Shown piece by piece: positions 30,101-39,652 of a stretch of 64,000 bases of DNA; the stretch's first letter is position 1; the number at the start of each line of letters is the position of its first letter. The notes below the pieces were generated by a model. The model was not told the DNA's origin and did not search any database. It saw nothing but the letters and a program-made list of their open reading frames with translations. The stretch covers positions 64,001-128,000 of IMG/VR virus record IMGVR_UViG_3300025127_006147. The stretch is one strand, 5' to 3'. Source of the DNA: a virus. A program made the position numbers and the translations under genes.

Positions 30101-33100
30101 ATAGTAACTATTTGACAGATAATGGGACAAACTCAACTAATGAAGAAACTAATGATATTTTTGATAGATATTGGGCTCTAGACCCATTTTTAGGTGGACA
30201 ACCATTATATGGTGCTTTAACTCCAATCGAATTATTAAATATAAGTGGAAACCATGGTGACAGTCCAGGATTTTTAGGTATTGGAAGTTACAGATTTAAC
30301 TGGGAAATGGAATTATCTTGTGAAGGTCAACAAACTTTAGAACTTTCATTTACACTTAACTCATTTAGTCCTTTACCTAGTGGTGGAGCTGGAAGTATAA
30401 ATAAAGAACCAGGTGCGGTTATAGGAACACCACTTCAACCAGGTGTTGGAGGAAGTGTAGGTAAAGCACCAAGTATCGGAGGAAGTAGTCAATTAATAGG
30501 AGCAGCTACAACTCAACCCGTAGTTATTAGTAAACCATCTATTCAAGTACCATTTACTAAAAATGTATGTGGAACTGACATGTCTTCACCTATTATAAAT
30601 CAAAATGAAAGTGCAAATGGTAAGGTAGAATCTATATCCCGTATTCAAACCAGTGGAAATTTAACTGATATTCCAGTAGCTAAATCATTAACTGATGTTA
30701 ATAGTGATATAAATATAAAAAACTATACAATTACTAATAGTGAAATGTACATTGTAAGTAATTTTAATCCTTTAAAAAATAATAGAGTTGTTGAATATAA
30801 CTCCCCTGTATTAAGTAGAAATTTAAAAAATGGGTTAACATATGGAACTTTCACAGAAAATGGTAGAGAAAGAGCTAAACTATCTTGGTTAGATAATTTT
30901 ACTAAAAACGGTAAAACCAAAATAAATATTGAATTTGTTAGTGACGAAAATAAAAAACGTTTCGAACAAGATTTAAAACTTAAAAATGTTGGACAAGGAG
31001 TGGAGTTTTTACCAGGTAGAAATAAAAGTAATACCACTATCACTGAAACAGTAGGTAAAACCCAATTTATAGATTTAAGAGATTGGGCAACAAGAAGTTT
31101 AGGGGATGTAAAAGACTTTTCAAATTCTAGTATAGTATACGGTAACGATGGATTATTAAAAAGATTTGAAATAGGACCTACCTTTACAACAGAAATAGCT
31201 AACTCACAATATAAAATAGGTACCGCACCAATAGGTGACCCACATACGGAGTTTATAATTTCCACTATGGGGTCACTAGAAGATTACTTATCTTATCAAA
31301 CTGGTACCACATCTAGTGCTCTTACCATTACATTGACTGGGGTAAGTACTTTATATTCTGGTTATACTAATTTAAGTGGGTACACAGATAATGAAGGGTT
31401 AAACCTTAGTCCAGATTTTGTTTTCGATTTATCTTTAAATGAAAATAACATATCCTACACTACTGGTGTACCATTTTCTGACCCTACATTCTCCGAAAGA
31501 AGAGAAGTGTCGGGAGTAATATCTAGAGACTTTAAATTACTTGGTGATGAAAGACGATTACGACCAGTAATCCCTATGAAAACTTTAAGTGAAGATAATC
31601 AATTATTCTTCCTACCACGAGAAGAAGTGTCTACATCTGGAGATTATTTCTATTATAAGGTACCTAAAACCCAAAACTATCGATTACAATATAAAAGTTG
31701 TATTTATTTTGATTATTTTGATGAAGGGTGGTGTACATATTTAGATACATTTAGAAGACAAACTAATAATCTTTTCCCTGTAAATGATTATGATTTTATA
31801 CAATTAATAAACTCTAGTATAGTGTATGTTGGTGGAGAATTAAGTGCACCATACCAATACAACGAAGGAAATATAATTAATGACGCTTATAGTAGATTGG
31901 GTGTAACAGGTACTAGTATGTCACCTATTTTTGGATATAATGCTGGGAATGGTATTAAAGATTTTAAGGTTAATGTTTACATAGAAAGACTATTATCTGG
32001 AACTACAGCAACTACAGTTATTGGAGATTACGTTATAGGTAGTAATCCTACAGACTACCCTAACGCTAATGAACACTTACTACTACCAGTCAATGATTCT
32101 GATAAGTTTACTGACCTATATCAATGTACTGGAATGACAGCGACCACTAAGGTGTTCAATAAAAAGTTTACACCGTATATTGATACAGGATGTGTACAAC
32201 TAAATAAGGATGATGAAATTAGATTAAGAATAAATATAGAGTGGGAAAACACTACAAAAAATAATACTATTGGTATTAGTAGTGGACTCACAGCTTCTAC
32301 TATAAGTCTTAAAGTAGGGACTGACTACAGTGAGTCGATACCTAAAAGACCTTGGTTCCGAGTTATAAATAAAGAATGTAATGTTCCAGAAACTACAACC
32401 TACCTTTATTGGCAAGCTAATGAAACTGGCCCAGTAAGTACTCAATTATACTCCAAAGGTGAAACAATACAACCGACACAGGGTAGTGAAGTAGGCAGAT
32501 TAGTTTTTACCGATACTAAAGATAACTTAGATTACGTGACACCAAATATAAGAGTTAATAATCTTCAAAATTTAACATATTTTGACTTACCTAACGAAAC
32601 AGATTATCAAGGAAATTTAAAATTAATTGAAACACAAAATAAAACAAATAATTGGGTACGTCAATTAGAAAATAATGAAATAAAAGACTTTAAAATAAAT
32701 TCAGGTAAAATACTTAATGTGGAAAATAATATGGAGGTTAAATGGAACGTGCCAATACCAACTAGAAATAATGTAGATAGTATTAGTTTAGATGACCCAA
32801 GATTTACTTTCCTAATAGAATCAAATGTTAAAGTTAAGGGTACTTTAAACGAATTTAAAATTTTAAATACTATTAAACCAGACTTTAAATCAGACACTAC
32901 TAAAGAAGAGATGGTAGACGTAGAAACATTAATTAATTCTAATAATATTACTTACACATCTTCAAGACCTTTAGAAGAAAGAACTATAGGCTTTGATGAT
33001 AATAGGACTATAATTAGAGAAAAGATAGTCGCGGTAGAAAGTGTGATATATGATAAGAATACCCCTACGGCTGATAAAGAAAGGACACAATATTGTAAAT

Positions 33101-33294
33101 GTGGTGATTCTTCCTTTATTCCAGTACCTTACAATAGTACTGTGGGTTGTGACCAGTGGTGTTGTGTAAATAGTTATGAAAATTCTACCTACTATCCATG
33201 TAGAGAAAAAACAATAAACCAGTGGGCAAATGGTCTTAACCTTAAAAGGGTAATAGTTCCTAACCCTACAAATGGAATAATAAGAGGATTATAA
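24163..33294 (+). CDS. giant (3043 aa) baseplate wedge/tail protein: gp7/P2-gpI-like N-terminal part plus adhesin-type modules (PA14-like, vWA-like, CBM5/12-like)
   Basis: YLFKSKGTRRGIEFMLRFVG (KGT wedge motif); IDVPEKGEYLFALAGDDEIRANLNG (PA14-like DD); WSKSKLYNYGDIVLWQGQLW (CBM5/12-like); Cys-rich spacers. Confidence 0.65.
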   Translation: MAGIYNNNNSPIPGNGADFFGDKLVGNQFVDGSSQFTLGNFEIKSNVNQKDSRSFSLGNFSEPISLETLNIKSSEEAKILASNRLEVFINYSRSKITNFTLYGSLRERLKVAVNNVIKQFPAALVFKKIRDWSDYNSGNTATNISFNASTNKTNISLHLYNVFNPFSIEYTQVGNLYTDENISSLRNLSIEYKKYSLYYKNVEYPLTFLTPTTGNTSIGNLNIVVEGNPFSGASVTTDSFYVKPNTLTTEEVFDKMEDVEKYLVERTTNPLYTATFDQPRETSTGKIVKSSVSVTWPSTDNWNLIINGGLFESYLAKLYDIADTYDSYKTNLVSRFLTTAALKEFDTYDEKVDKILKIYGRSFDEIKKYIDGLAYMANTTYDGINNIPNELLKNFAQTLGWGTPSAIKSEGFLDTIFKRSTAVEYGGLAQNQTPTELNYELYRRLLANTAYLFKSKGTRRGIEFMLRFVGAPEALIEFNEHVYVAGQPLNMREFRNYELKISGGTYTEEVPVLNTYFSAATNNTFPAVVITGYTFGYETITKSTNIIPEVLPVDKDGYPTVPRYGADSYFQSGAGWFEETTEHQGKKVIDYENSVFTGNTPFVRTKLNQFSYGEPYLELYRKFPDSKLGFPIVRTVDNKKSWVRKNSYQQRYLNLPDRGTNYQTQNDKLVINVKNVDIFLNIGQGLEWDVWNFSKKYSCPFGPNALGSPYPGVGGPDWTEIIADASKLSFFEFAQKFWTVLINVKNRQTIDDGHAGGYPTLLSIYLDYLKSDQTCGIPSNKYTYEKMIAYVENMGDYWVRLLEQLVPSTTIWQGGIKYENSIFHRYKYAYKHEPLCDDLECFGSFVHCCYPIANDILVDATLECGGLAFSGATWQNKITLGGTVYTGNTYYSSTTITDIPSTDIWLDDMVEILSGITTNVTDPNHTLSYYLINDNNTPTGLQIDQPNCIVIQGPCGTGQEVCDCPPGYEYDAVSELCLAYTASTTTTGTTINKAAGNTGYNQFGARFCVPGSYTTCGSGAPASNFKVIGGASNPFWDANSTNTQGRLNNVGVNNADMLTSDHFFGFSRCIDVPEKGEYLFALAGDDEIRANLNGVQIVNNPWNGTMNANNFRYWWVWPVTLNAGQNTLTLEGANGFSGGPASFGCEIVGPFAEGTFTVNTDFDIFSAQTGIDTYTANTIFSSLNEVGNTFNTQTNVCPSGYTYDVCTDSCVKTTEPGCITYPDGEDVWNFNSGSDPHCFKSEICLTLQTTQVNPVPNGTDIWAFYDTTSTGADMANAAKTSLDSWVSSLGSSFTGNTYHIPVGGERWLSWASSPISGGTLPITNTYGAGFNVLPSGMVGNTVPVGVSPNVLSIYFIDESRPVYHDYPSLNSCNYYAPSGNIATDWLNQPTVTYSGDFNTFMSAFNAYDDFKGFIYPVVKDANASRLPFPLHVYGALETSIVAISDLIENPTVTAAGGTLSAITITNPYTGLTGTNNNTAYTGPGLKNFGFGANYTLGTDSCNGLICSDPGFQSSCLTSDASRFFDGTFQQDLFAFLQGSSDVTLIDCEICIPVCYGEGTETQEWSKSKLYNYGDIVLWQGQLWVWLGFDNTYTNRPDVSKAWSLRGAADCIPFLGGNDFRPHDDCDDFTVIPENPEVTGTTITTNPEIFKESIFNVGGQDCFDSTYNPCEELTDPCGCSATFGQFDETTVLFAVGDVVCCPGDPDTPPTKWIRVIGSSNCDSLQLFIPALCGPTPPQSKCWRLCEPETEGEGATSGGFWGKETVRRRRPSLISNSPTDPCDPSYENPTDPCDCQGIGFRNVDLDFYLLNSIVGVPDSIMEFFMEEDAIDPTNWTQPINSITTDPKVYKAQINACCLGDKFTHYFRVYHRTGNIPTDPSQITYGEYEIDFDMNQNCNIEFYHVEAGDTVKMFMHIPSDTLTNNATISIIDNPLLGIPYLTQNLGASNYFNNTNGNGLQSLTFQIGKIDTTSNIHQFFKVDDSNYLTDNGTNSTNEETNDIFDRYWALDPFLGGQPLYGALTPIELLNISGNHGDSPGFLGIGSYRFNWEMELSCEGQQTLELSFTLNSFSPLPSGGAGSINKEPGAVIGTPLQPGVGGSVGKAPSIGGSSQLIGAATTQPVVISKPSIQVPFTKNVCGTDMSSPIINQNESANGKVESISRIQTSGNLTDIPVAKSLTDVNSDINIKNYTITNSEMYIVSNFNPLKNNRVVEYNSPVLSRNLKNGLTYGTFTENGRERAKLSWLDNFTKNGKTKINIEFVSDENKKRFEQDLKLKNVGQGVEFLPGRNKSNTTITETVGKTQFIDLRDWATRSLGDVKDFSNSSIVYGNDGLLKRFEIGPTFTTEIANSQYKIGTAPIGDPHTEFIISTMGSLEDYLSYQTGTTSSALTITLTGVSTLYSGYTNLSGYTDNEGLNLSPDFVFDLSLNENNISYTTGVPFSDPTFSERREVSGVISRDFKLLGDERRLRPVIPMKTLSEDNQLFFLPREEVSTSGDYFYYKVPKTQNYRLQYKSCIYFDYFDEGWCTYLDTFRRQTNNLFPVNDYDFIQLINSSIVYVGGELSAPYQYNEGNIINDAYSRLGVTGTSMSPIFGYNAGNGIKDFKVNVYIERLLSGTTATTVIGDYVIGSNPTDYPNANEHLLLPVNDSDKFTDLYQCTGMTATTKVFNKKFTPYIDTGCVQLNKDDEIRLRINIEWENTTKNNTIGISSGLTASTISLKVGTDYSESIPKRPWFRVINKECNVPETTTYLYWQANETGPVSTQLYSKGETIQPTQGSEVGRLVFTDTKDNLDYVTPNIRVNNLQNLTYFDLPNETDYQGNLKLIETQNKTNNWVRQLENNEIKDFKINSGKILNVENNMEVKWNVPIPTRNNVDSISLDDPRFTFLIESNVKVKGTLNEFKILNTIKPDFKSDTTKEEMVDVETLINSNNITYTSSRPLEERTIGFDDNRTIIREKIVAVESVIYDKNTPTADKERTQYCKCGDSSFIPVPYNSTVGCDQWCCVNSYENSTYYPCREKTINQWANGLNLKRVIVPNPTNGIIRGL

Positions 33295-33295
33295 A

Positions 33296-36200
33296 ATGGC
33301 TACTTATTTTACTGACCAGTTTGAGTTGAAGGAATGTGGAAGTTCAGCTAACCCATTTTTAGTTAGTTGGGACCAAACCAACTCTATTTTTAATTGTAGT
33401 GGGACTTTAAATAATATTACAATATCGGGAGGAACTCCCCCATATAAATTTCAATTAAGATACCCAGACGGTACAATTAGTAGTAATAGTACTAATTTAA
33501 CAAATTTGTGTGCGGGTCAATATACCGCTTTAACAACCGATTCTCTATTTTCTTCTACCACTAGTTTTATTACTATCCAAGACGGCACTACTGGAACATT
33601 AACAGCTTCACTAACTGATGACAGTTGTACTACTAACATAAACCAATTTTGTAAAATAGAGGTGACTAATTTTGTTCACCCGAACTCTCAAACTTTTACA
33701 TATCTTTTATATAAAGATAATAATTTATATGATACGTACCAGGGATTAACTGGAGATGAAGCTCACGTATTTTCTAACTTACCTCACGGTAGTTATACCC
33801 TAACTGCTTATGATGGTAATAGTACATCACAAACTAGCCAAAAAACAGAATTATGTACATGTTTAGATGGTTACACTTTAGATTCATCTGTGGGGTATGG
33901 AAAAGTAGTAAATACTTACACTGGTTTATCAGCTAATCATATAGTAAGAGATTTTAGACGTTACAACCTATATAATAGATATTTTGTTAATTTCGCTAAA
34001 ACTGGTGGAGGACCACCTTTTACTGGTTGGGGTCCAAAAAATTTACCTCCATTTAACACAGTTCCTCATCCTCTAGTTTTTGATAGTGGAGTTAACTATG
34101 ATGGTAATATAAAGGTAGACGACCCATATGTCTGGTTATACACTGGAGAAACTTCTACCAGACAAACGGAAAACACAGTAGATTGGTATTTAGGTACTTA
34201 TGCTTTAGATATGGTAGACGGTGATAATGTAGGCCCTGCTGGTTATACTACAGAGGCAGATGTAGGTAAATTCTATTATAATACTATAATAAATAAATTC
34301 GTTTATAGAAATAGAGTGGGTACCACTAATAATAGTTGGTATACAATTAATTCTACAGCTAATAGAGGGCAAAACGTTTATCCCATCGCTACTCCTGGTG
34401 CTATTTTTCCTATAATTACAGGTTCTACCACATATGACAGTATTAGTGTACCCGCGACTACATACATGGGTTATACTGTAACAGGAGCAACTAATGATGT
34501 GGTACAGTGGAATACGTTAGCTTCAGGAACCGACGCTCTAGAAATAGATACAAATACTAATATACCACTTTTCTTAGTGAGTCCTTGTAAATACTTAAAT
34601 TATGTTCATGAAGTTTCATTAGGTTCAAACGATAATGACGATGACAGCATTGGGTTAGTGTTAGCGACTTTTATAGATACTAACGGTTTATACGGACCTA
34701 AAGGTATACCCCACCAACTCACATTTAATTTTAATAATGCAAGTTTATTTGGTGATAACGTAACAGTTAATTATAATGCACATGGAAATTCCGCTTACGC
34801 TTTTTCAGATAAAAATAGACGTACTGTAGATTGTGGTTATGGTAGTATAACTGGATGTAGTACTAATGGGGGTGTTACACCTATAACTGGAATTAGTACT
34901 ACTATAATAAGTAATAATTATGATAAATCACCTTTTAATTCTAATAATTATAACGTACAAGGCACTACGCGTGTAAGAGTAGAACGTTCAGGATTCCTAG
35001 GTGAAAACTTTAACATCAAAATAACTGATTTGATGAGGGATACGGATGTCGGTACTCAAAAACCTTACAATAGTGATTATGAAATTGATTTTAATATCTT
35101 AGATAAGAGTACTTGGGTTGGAAATAATAGAAAAGCAGCATATTATGCGGAGGAAAAAGACTTATATAAATTTTTAGGTTCACAAAGTATCGGATATTTC
35201 CAAGGTTCACAAGAAAATTCAATTTTCTATAACATAAGTTTTACAGGTACACAAAGTAATTATAATTTTACTTCCCTTTTATTTGGTGGTAGTGATTCCA
35301 TAAATTTTGAATTAGGTAATGCAGATTTAGATGGTGTTAACATGTCTACTAGTCAAGCACTTAACTTTTATAATTCATTGGGTGCTGGTGGTGAAGTAGG
35401 TAACCCTACTATCCCGAAAGTAACACCAATCCCAACAGTTTTAATGCAGACCACTCAAATACCAATAATGGAGACTACTGGAGGAACAAAAATATCTGCA
35501 TCTACAGAAGATTATATAATTTATAGTGAAATAGAAGTAGAACCAGGTAAAGAAGAACCATGTGTCGAATTTAATTTTACGTGGACAAAAAATACCACTG
35601 ACCTTTTAAGTGGTAATATGGTACCTTACTATTCTTTACATCCTTATGTACCGGAAGAAAGAGCATTTAATAAAGGTGCTTCTATGACTAGAATATTTGA
35701 CAACCCACAAGGTCGAAAAACTATAACAACTAATAACAATCAAGTAATTGGAGAAGGGTTAGAAGCTAGTGATTGTATTAAATTAAGTGAAATAGGTGCT
35801 GGGTCAGAATTCTTAATTAAACCAAACTATGTTTTTAAAGATAAGTTAAAAAATATAAAAAATACTCCTTGTAATATTATTGCCGAATCCTTAACTGGAA
35901 CTACTACTGGTATCACCCAAACAGAAAAATGGTACGATACTTTTGACCCAAATCCAGATTTTAAAATAGTTGGAAATAATGATTCCACTGGAATATTTAG
36001 TTGGGAAACCGATGGGGAAGTTAATACTAGACAATATGGTTTGTATGATAGTACTACAGATTTTTACTTTTTAGTTAAACCACCAAAACCAGAAATTAAT
36101 TTAGAAACTAACGACATCTTATATGGAATTAACAACAGTTGTGGAAAATTAGCTTCACAACAAATAGTAGTTTCCACAGCATCTGGAACTACAGGCACTA

Positions 36201-37132
36201 CCCTTTCACCTTTAGTATTTTCTGGACAACCTTATACTGTCACTCTAGATTTTCCTGCTGCGGGACCATTACAGGTAACTTTAAATGGTTTAACATTATT
36301 TGCTTCAGCAGAATCAGATTTATCAGATGGTGGTGATTATTATTTTGATGGCACTAGTCAAATTAAATTTAGACCAGATACAATACAGGGAGACGATTTA
36401 ATAAATATCATATACGTTCCAGGTACCTTTGAAAGGTCTTATTATTACGATAGTTATATTGTCCCATCTTCAGTTCCTAACGTTAGTGGAGGGACAGATG
36501 TGTCAGGTAATACCCTCTACACTAATGGGTATTACTATTTCTTTAAAACCACACATACACCAATAGGTGACGTAGGCATAACTTTAAATGGTACAGTTCT
36601 TTCCCCTAATGATGATTATAAATTAATAGATAACAATATAATCCAATTTACGGGAATTCAATATCCTGACGGGCTAACAGAGAATGATATTATAGGACAG
36701 TTCTATTTTACCAAGTTTAATTTATTGGGAGCTGCAGGAACTAAAAATCCAAAAATAAATCTTATAGTTGCACCATCCACATACTACACCTATGAAATAT
36801 TATTGATAGTTAGAGATGAATTAAACACTATAGTTTATACACAAACAGAAATGTGTGAACCCAATGAATATAAAGACATTACAGCTTTAACAAATGCACA
36901 AAACCAGGACCAACTATATGAAGGAGTTGAAAAAACATTTACTGTAAGTGTTCCAGAACCAGGTACATACACTTATAGTTTTGTAACAACCACAATTTAC
37001 ACACTAATAAATGGTGACACTATAAGTGACAGTAGTGTGTCAGAAAGTTACAGTTTTTCTATTAGTGCCGCTATATTTTATGAAGTAGAGGGAGACAATA
37101 CAATAAACATAACACCAAGTAGTACATATTAA
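33296..37132 (+). CDS. large tail/receptor-binding protein with SprB-like repeat and TSP-C/lectin-like motif
   Basis: ISGGTPPY...NLCAGQYT, LPHGSYTLT; SNDNDDDSIGLVLA; two V/ITLNG..L...DY...I.F repeats near the C-terminus. Confidence 0.6.
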   Translation: MATYFTDQFELKECGSSANPFLVSWDQTNSIFNCSGTLNNITISGGTPPYKFQLRYPDGTISSNSTNLTNLCAGQYTALTTDSLFSSTTSFITIQDGTTGTLTASLTDDSCTTNINQFCKIEVTNFVHPNSQTFTYLLYKDNNLYDTYQGLTGDEAHVFSNLPHGSYTLTAYDGNSTSQTSQKTELCTCLDGYTLDSSVGYGKVVNTYTGLSANHIVRDFRRYNLYNRYFVNFAKTGGGPPFTGWGPKNLPPFNTVPHPLVFDSGVNYDGNIKVDDPYVWLYTGETSTRQTENTVDWYLGTYALDMVDGDNVGPAGYTTEADVGKFYYNTIINKFVYRNRVGTTNNSWYTINSTANRGQNVYPIATPGAIFPIITGSTTYDSISVPATTYMGYTVTGATNDVVQWNTLASGTDALEIDTNTNIPLFLVSPCKYLNYVHEVSLGSNDNDDDSIGLVLATFIDTNGLYGPKGIPHQLTFNFNNASLFGDNVTVNYNAHGNSAYAFSDKNRRTVDCGYGSITGCSTNGGVTPITGISTTIISNNYDKSPFNSNNYNVQGTTRVRVERSGFLGENFNIKITDLMRDTDVGTQKPYNSDYEIDFNILDKSTWVGNNRKAAYYAEEKDLYKFLGSQSIGYFQGSQENSIFYNISFTGTQSNYNFTSLLFGGSDSINFELGNADLDGVNMSTSQALNFYNSLGAGGEVGNPTIPKVTPIPTVLMQTTQIPIMETTGGTKISASTEDYIIYSEIEVEPGKEEPCVEFNFTWTKNTTDLLSGNMVPYYSLHPYVPEERAFNKGASMTRIFDNPQGRKTITTNNNQVIGEGLEASDCIKLSEIGAGSEFLIKPNYVFKDKLKNIKNTPCNIIAESLTGTTTGITQTEKWYDTFDPNPDFKIVGNNDSTGIFSWETDGEVNTRQYGLYDSTTDFYFLVKPPKPEINLETNDILYGINNSCGKLASQQIVVSTASGTTGTTLSPLVFSGQPYTVTLDFPAAGPLQVTLNGLTLFASAESDLSDGGDYYFDGTSQIKFRPDTIQGDDLINIIYVPGTFERSYYYDSYIVPSSVPNVSGGTDVSGNTLYTNGYYYFFKTTHTPIGDVGITLNGTVLSPNDDYKLIDNNIIQFTGIQYPDGLTENDIIGQFYFTKFNLLGAAGTKNPKINLIVAPSTYYTYEILLIVRDELNTIVYTQTEMCEPNEYKDITALTNAQNQDQLYEGVEKTFTVSVPEPGTYTYSFVTTTIYTLINGDTISDSSVSESYSFSISAAIFYEVEGDNTINITPSSTY

Positions 37133-37174
37133 CATTAAAACTACTAACATTAATATTTATAAATAAAAAAAACA

Positions 37175-39640
37175 ATGGGAACAGGATACATATCAAAAAC
37201 AGGAAGCAGTGGTCTAATATCGGTAAGACTTACTGACGCCGGAAGAAAAAAATTATCACAAGGTCAATTAGCTTTGACCAAATTCCAATTAGGGGATAGT
37301 GAGTTTTGTTACAACTGTTATACACAAGTACTAACACAAAGTAATGGAATTTTTATTATTGAACCTAAATGGAATTCACAAAACATTTCTAATATATCGT
37401 ATGAATTAAATAAAATGAACGTCAAATATCCGATTCCGTTATCTGATGTTAGTTCAGCACAAACTTATGGTGTATTACAACCCCAACCTACCGAGAATCC
37501 TGTTTTTAATACTGCTAGACCTAGAGGTTTCTTTTCAGGTAATACCTCCACATCTTATTCTGCGATAACTACTTCTGAATATGTATATGGTGCTAACTGG
37601 TGTGTACCATTTAGTGGTTTAACTGGAGGTAGTCAAATGTTAATTGTGAGTGGAGCTTGTAATTCCATTAATTACACTCCAACCGTAGGTGATTTAATTA
37701 TGGTGCAGTATTTTGGTCCGTACCAAGATACAGTTGCGGACTGTAATGAAAGTCATTTAAATATACCTCAAAATAATCCAGTCCCTTATCTATTTTATAA
37801 TGTGGTATCTGCAACCACAAATACTTCAGGTGTTCCTGTTATTACAAGTGCTAATACAGGTACTACAGTTTTCGTTAATGTAGATAGAAATATACCTGAT
37901 TTTACTATGTATAGTACTAATGGTTTATGTGCTAAAATATTAATTTATCCTAAGGGTAATATGTTAAATTTCTATGGTGCTGACACACCAATACCTTACT
38001 GGTCACCAGGTTCACTTTCATTTGATAATAACTGTGATGTCTCAGTTAAAGATGTAAATGTTTGGAACATGAATATAAACTGGACCCAATATTACGATAA
38101 TAATTTAAATTGGGGAACTGTAGCGGGGACTAATAATAATACTTATGAAGATGTTAACGAATACGGCTCAAGTGGATATTGTGGTACTAAAGAATACTTA
38201 GGTTATAATAATTTTGAGGGACAATTTGATAGTACTAACATGCCTGATTACTACGGGTCCATTCCTGTTTTAGGATATAGTCCACAATTTTCTGGAACCT
38301 ATGTTAGAGATTCATTTGGTAATGTTAGAAGTATAGTCCCAGAGGACCAAAGATGTATAGCTGTTCTCCATTATACTAATGAAACTATATCTAACTTCTA
38401 TGGTGAAAAATTTGCCTTAATGAGAACAGGAGAAGGTGGAGCTAATGGAGTGGGTGAAATGCAAAACTTTAAAATACACATGCCTACGTTAATGTGGCAT
38501 AAGAAAAAAGGAGGAAATAGTGGTTCTGGTACTGGTACTGGTTTAGGTGACGAATGTACTATAGGACAAACTTTTTATGTACAACCTCCAGGATATGAAA
38601 ATGTGGCTCAAGTAGAATATATAGCCTCGACAGTAAATCCAGATATGAATGAACCAGGTATAAGATATTACCATTTATGGGATGACAACTTAGCCGCTAC
38701 TTCTGGTACTACCGCAGTACCTAATAGGGTGGGTAAAGTATTCCCTGATTTACAAATGATAACCATTGACGACCAAGAGTTGGTTGCGTCTATGAGTTAT
38801 AAGTCTAACAGAAATTGGACTCTACCAATGCCTAAATTGGAATTGATTCCTGAAAATACAGCTAATTGTATTACACCACCTTCTTGTACTGGAGGTTTCT
38901 TTAGTAGTGGAGGAGGAGTCTCAATACCTAATAGTGAACAAGTGTGGATTAGTTATTTATTAGAAAGTACTTCAGGGTACACTACTGGTCTTCACTGTAA
39001 CTATTACCCATATATTGTAGGTGATACTACCACTGGAGCAAAAGATGTTTCAATTCAGTTTGGTAGTGAATTCCCATTTTTAAGAGAGTACGATAATGAA
39101 TTATGTATACCGTTCTCAGGTTCTGGTATCCAAGTAGATAAATTCCACGTACTTTACCAAAAAACCGATTTAGGTGCTCCACCTGACCCATCTTTATGGT
39201 CTAAAATTGACATGACTTCTAGTATAGTTGGGCATACGGTAGGGCAACCTATTAGGGCGACTGGTCTAACCTCAACAGCGTTCTATTTAACTTGTGATAC
39301 ATTATTAAGTGCTAGTACATACAACTTACACGATTACATTAATATACCGTTAAATAATGGACAAGAACCTAATAGTTTACAATTTGGTGACGAATACTTC
39401 TTCTATGGTAATTTAGAAAGTGACATAATGGCTACGATATATGAAATGAGATATGGAATTACTTTAGCACCAGGACAATTTACGACATCCTTAAATCCAA
39501 GTTGGGATAGTAATAATTTAGTAAGAATAACAGAAATTGGTTTATATGACAATACTAGTGATTTAATGGCAATCGCAAAACTTAAAAATCCAACTTTAAG
39601 AACAGGTGCTCAAACATTCCAGATAAAAATAGATTTTTAA
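37175..39640 (+). CDS. tail-fibre/baseplate attachment protein (tail-collar-like termini)
   Basis: N-terminal LTDAGRKKL...FQLGDSE and C-terminal ITEIGLYD..DLMAIAK, resembling the two halves of the P2 gpH-type fibre anchor domain. Confidence 0.6.
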   Translation: MGTGYISKTGSSGLISVRLTDAGRKKLSQGQLALTKFQLGDSEFCYNCYTQVLTQSNGIFIIEPKWNSQNISNISYELNKMNVKYPIPLSDVSSAQTYGVLQPQPTENPVFNTARPRGFFSGNTSTSYSAITTSEYVYGANWCVPFSGLTGGSQMLIVSGACNSINYTPTVGDLIMVQYFGPYQDTVADCNESHLNIPQNNPVPYLFYNVVSATTNTSGVPVITSANTGTTVFVNVDRNIPDFTMYSTNGLCAKILIYPKGNMLNFYGADTPIPYWSPGSLSFDNNCDVSVKDVNVWNMNINWTQYYDNNLNWGTVAGTNNNTYEDVNEYGSSGYCGTKEYLGYNNFEGQFDSTNMPDYYGSIPVLGYSPQFSGTYVRDSFGNVRSIVPEDQRCIAVLHYTNETISNFYGEKFALMRTGEGGANGVGEMQNFKIHMPTLMWHKKKGGNSGSGTGTGLGDECTIGQTFYVQPPGYENVAQVEYIASTVNPDMNEPGIRYYHLWDDNLAATSGTTAVPNRVGKVFPDLQMITIDDQELVASMSYKSNRNWTLPMPKLELIPENTANCITPPSCTGGFFSSGGGVSIPNSEQVWISYLLESTSGYTTGLHCNYYPYIVGDTTTGAKDVSIQFGSEFPFLREYDNELCIPFSGSGIQVDKFHVLYQKTDLGAPPDPSLWSKIDMTSSIVGHTVGQPIRATGLTSTAFYLTCDTLLSASTYNLHDYINIPLNNGQEPNSLQFGDEYFFYGNLESDIMATIYEMRYGITLAPGQFTTSLNPSWDSNNLVRITEIGLYDNTSDLMAIAKLKNPTLRTGAQTFQIKIDF

Positions 39641-39652
39641 AAAATATAATTG

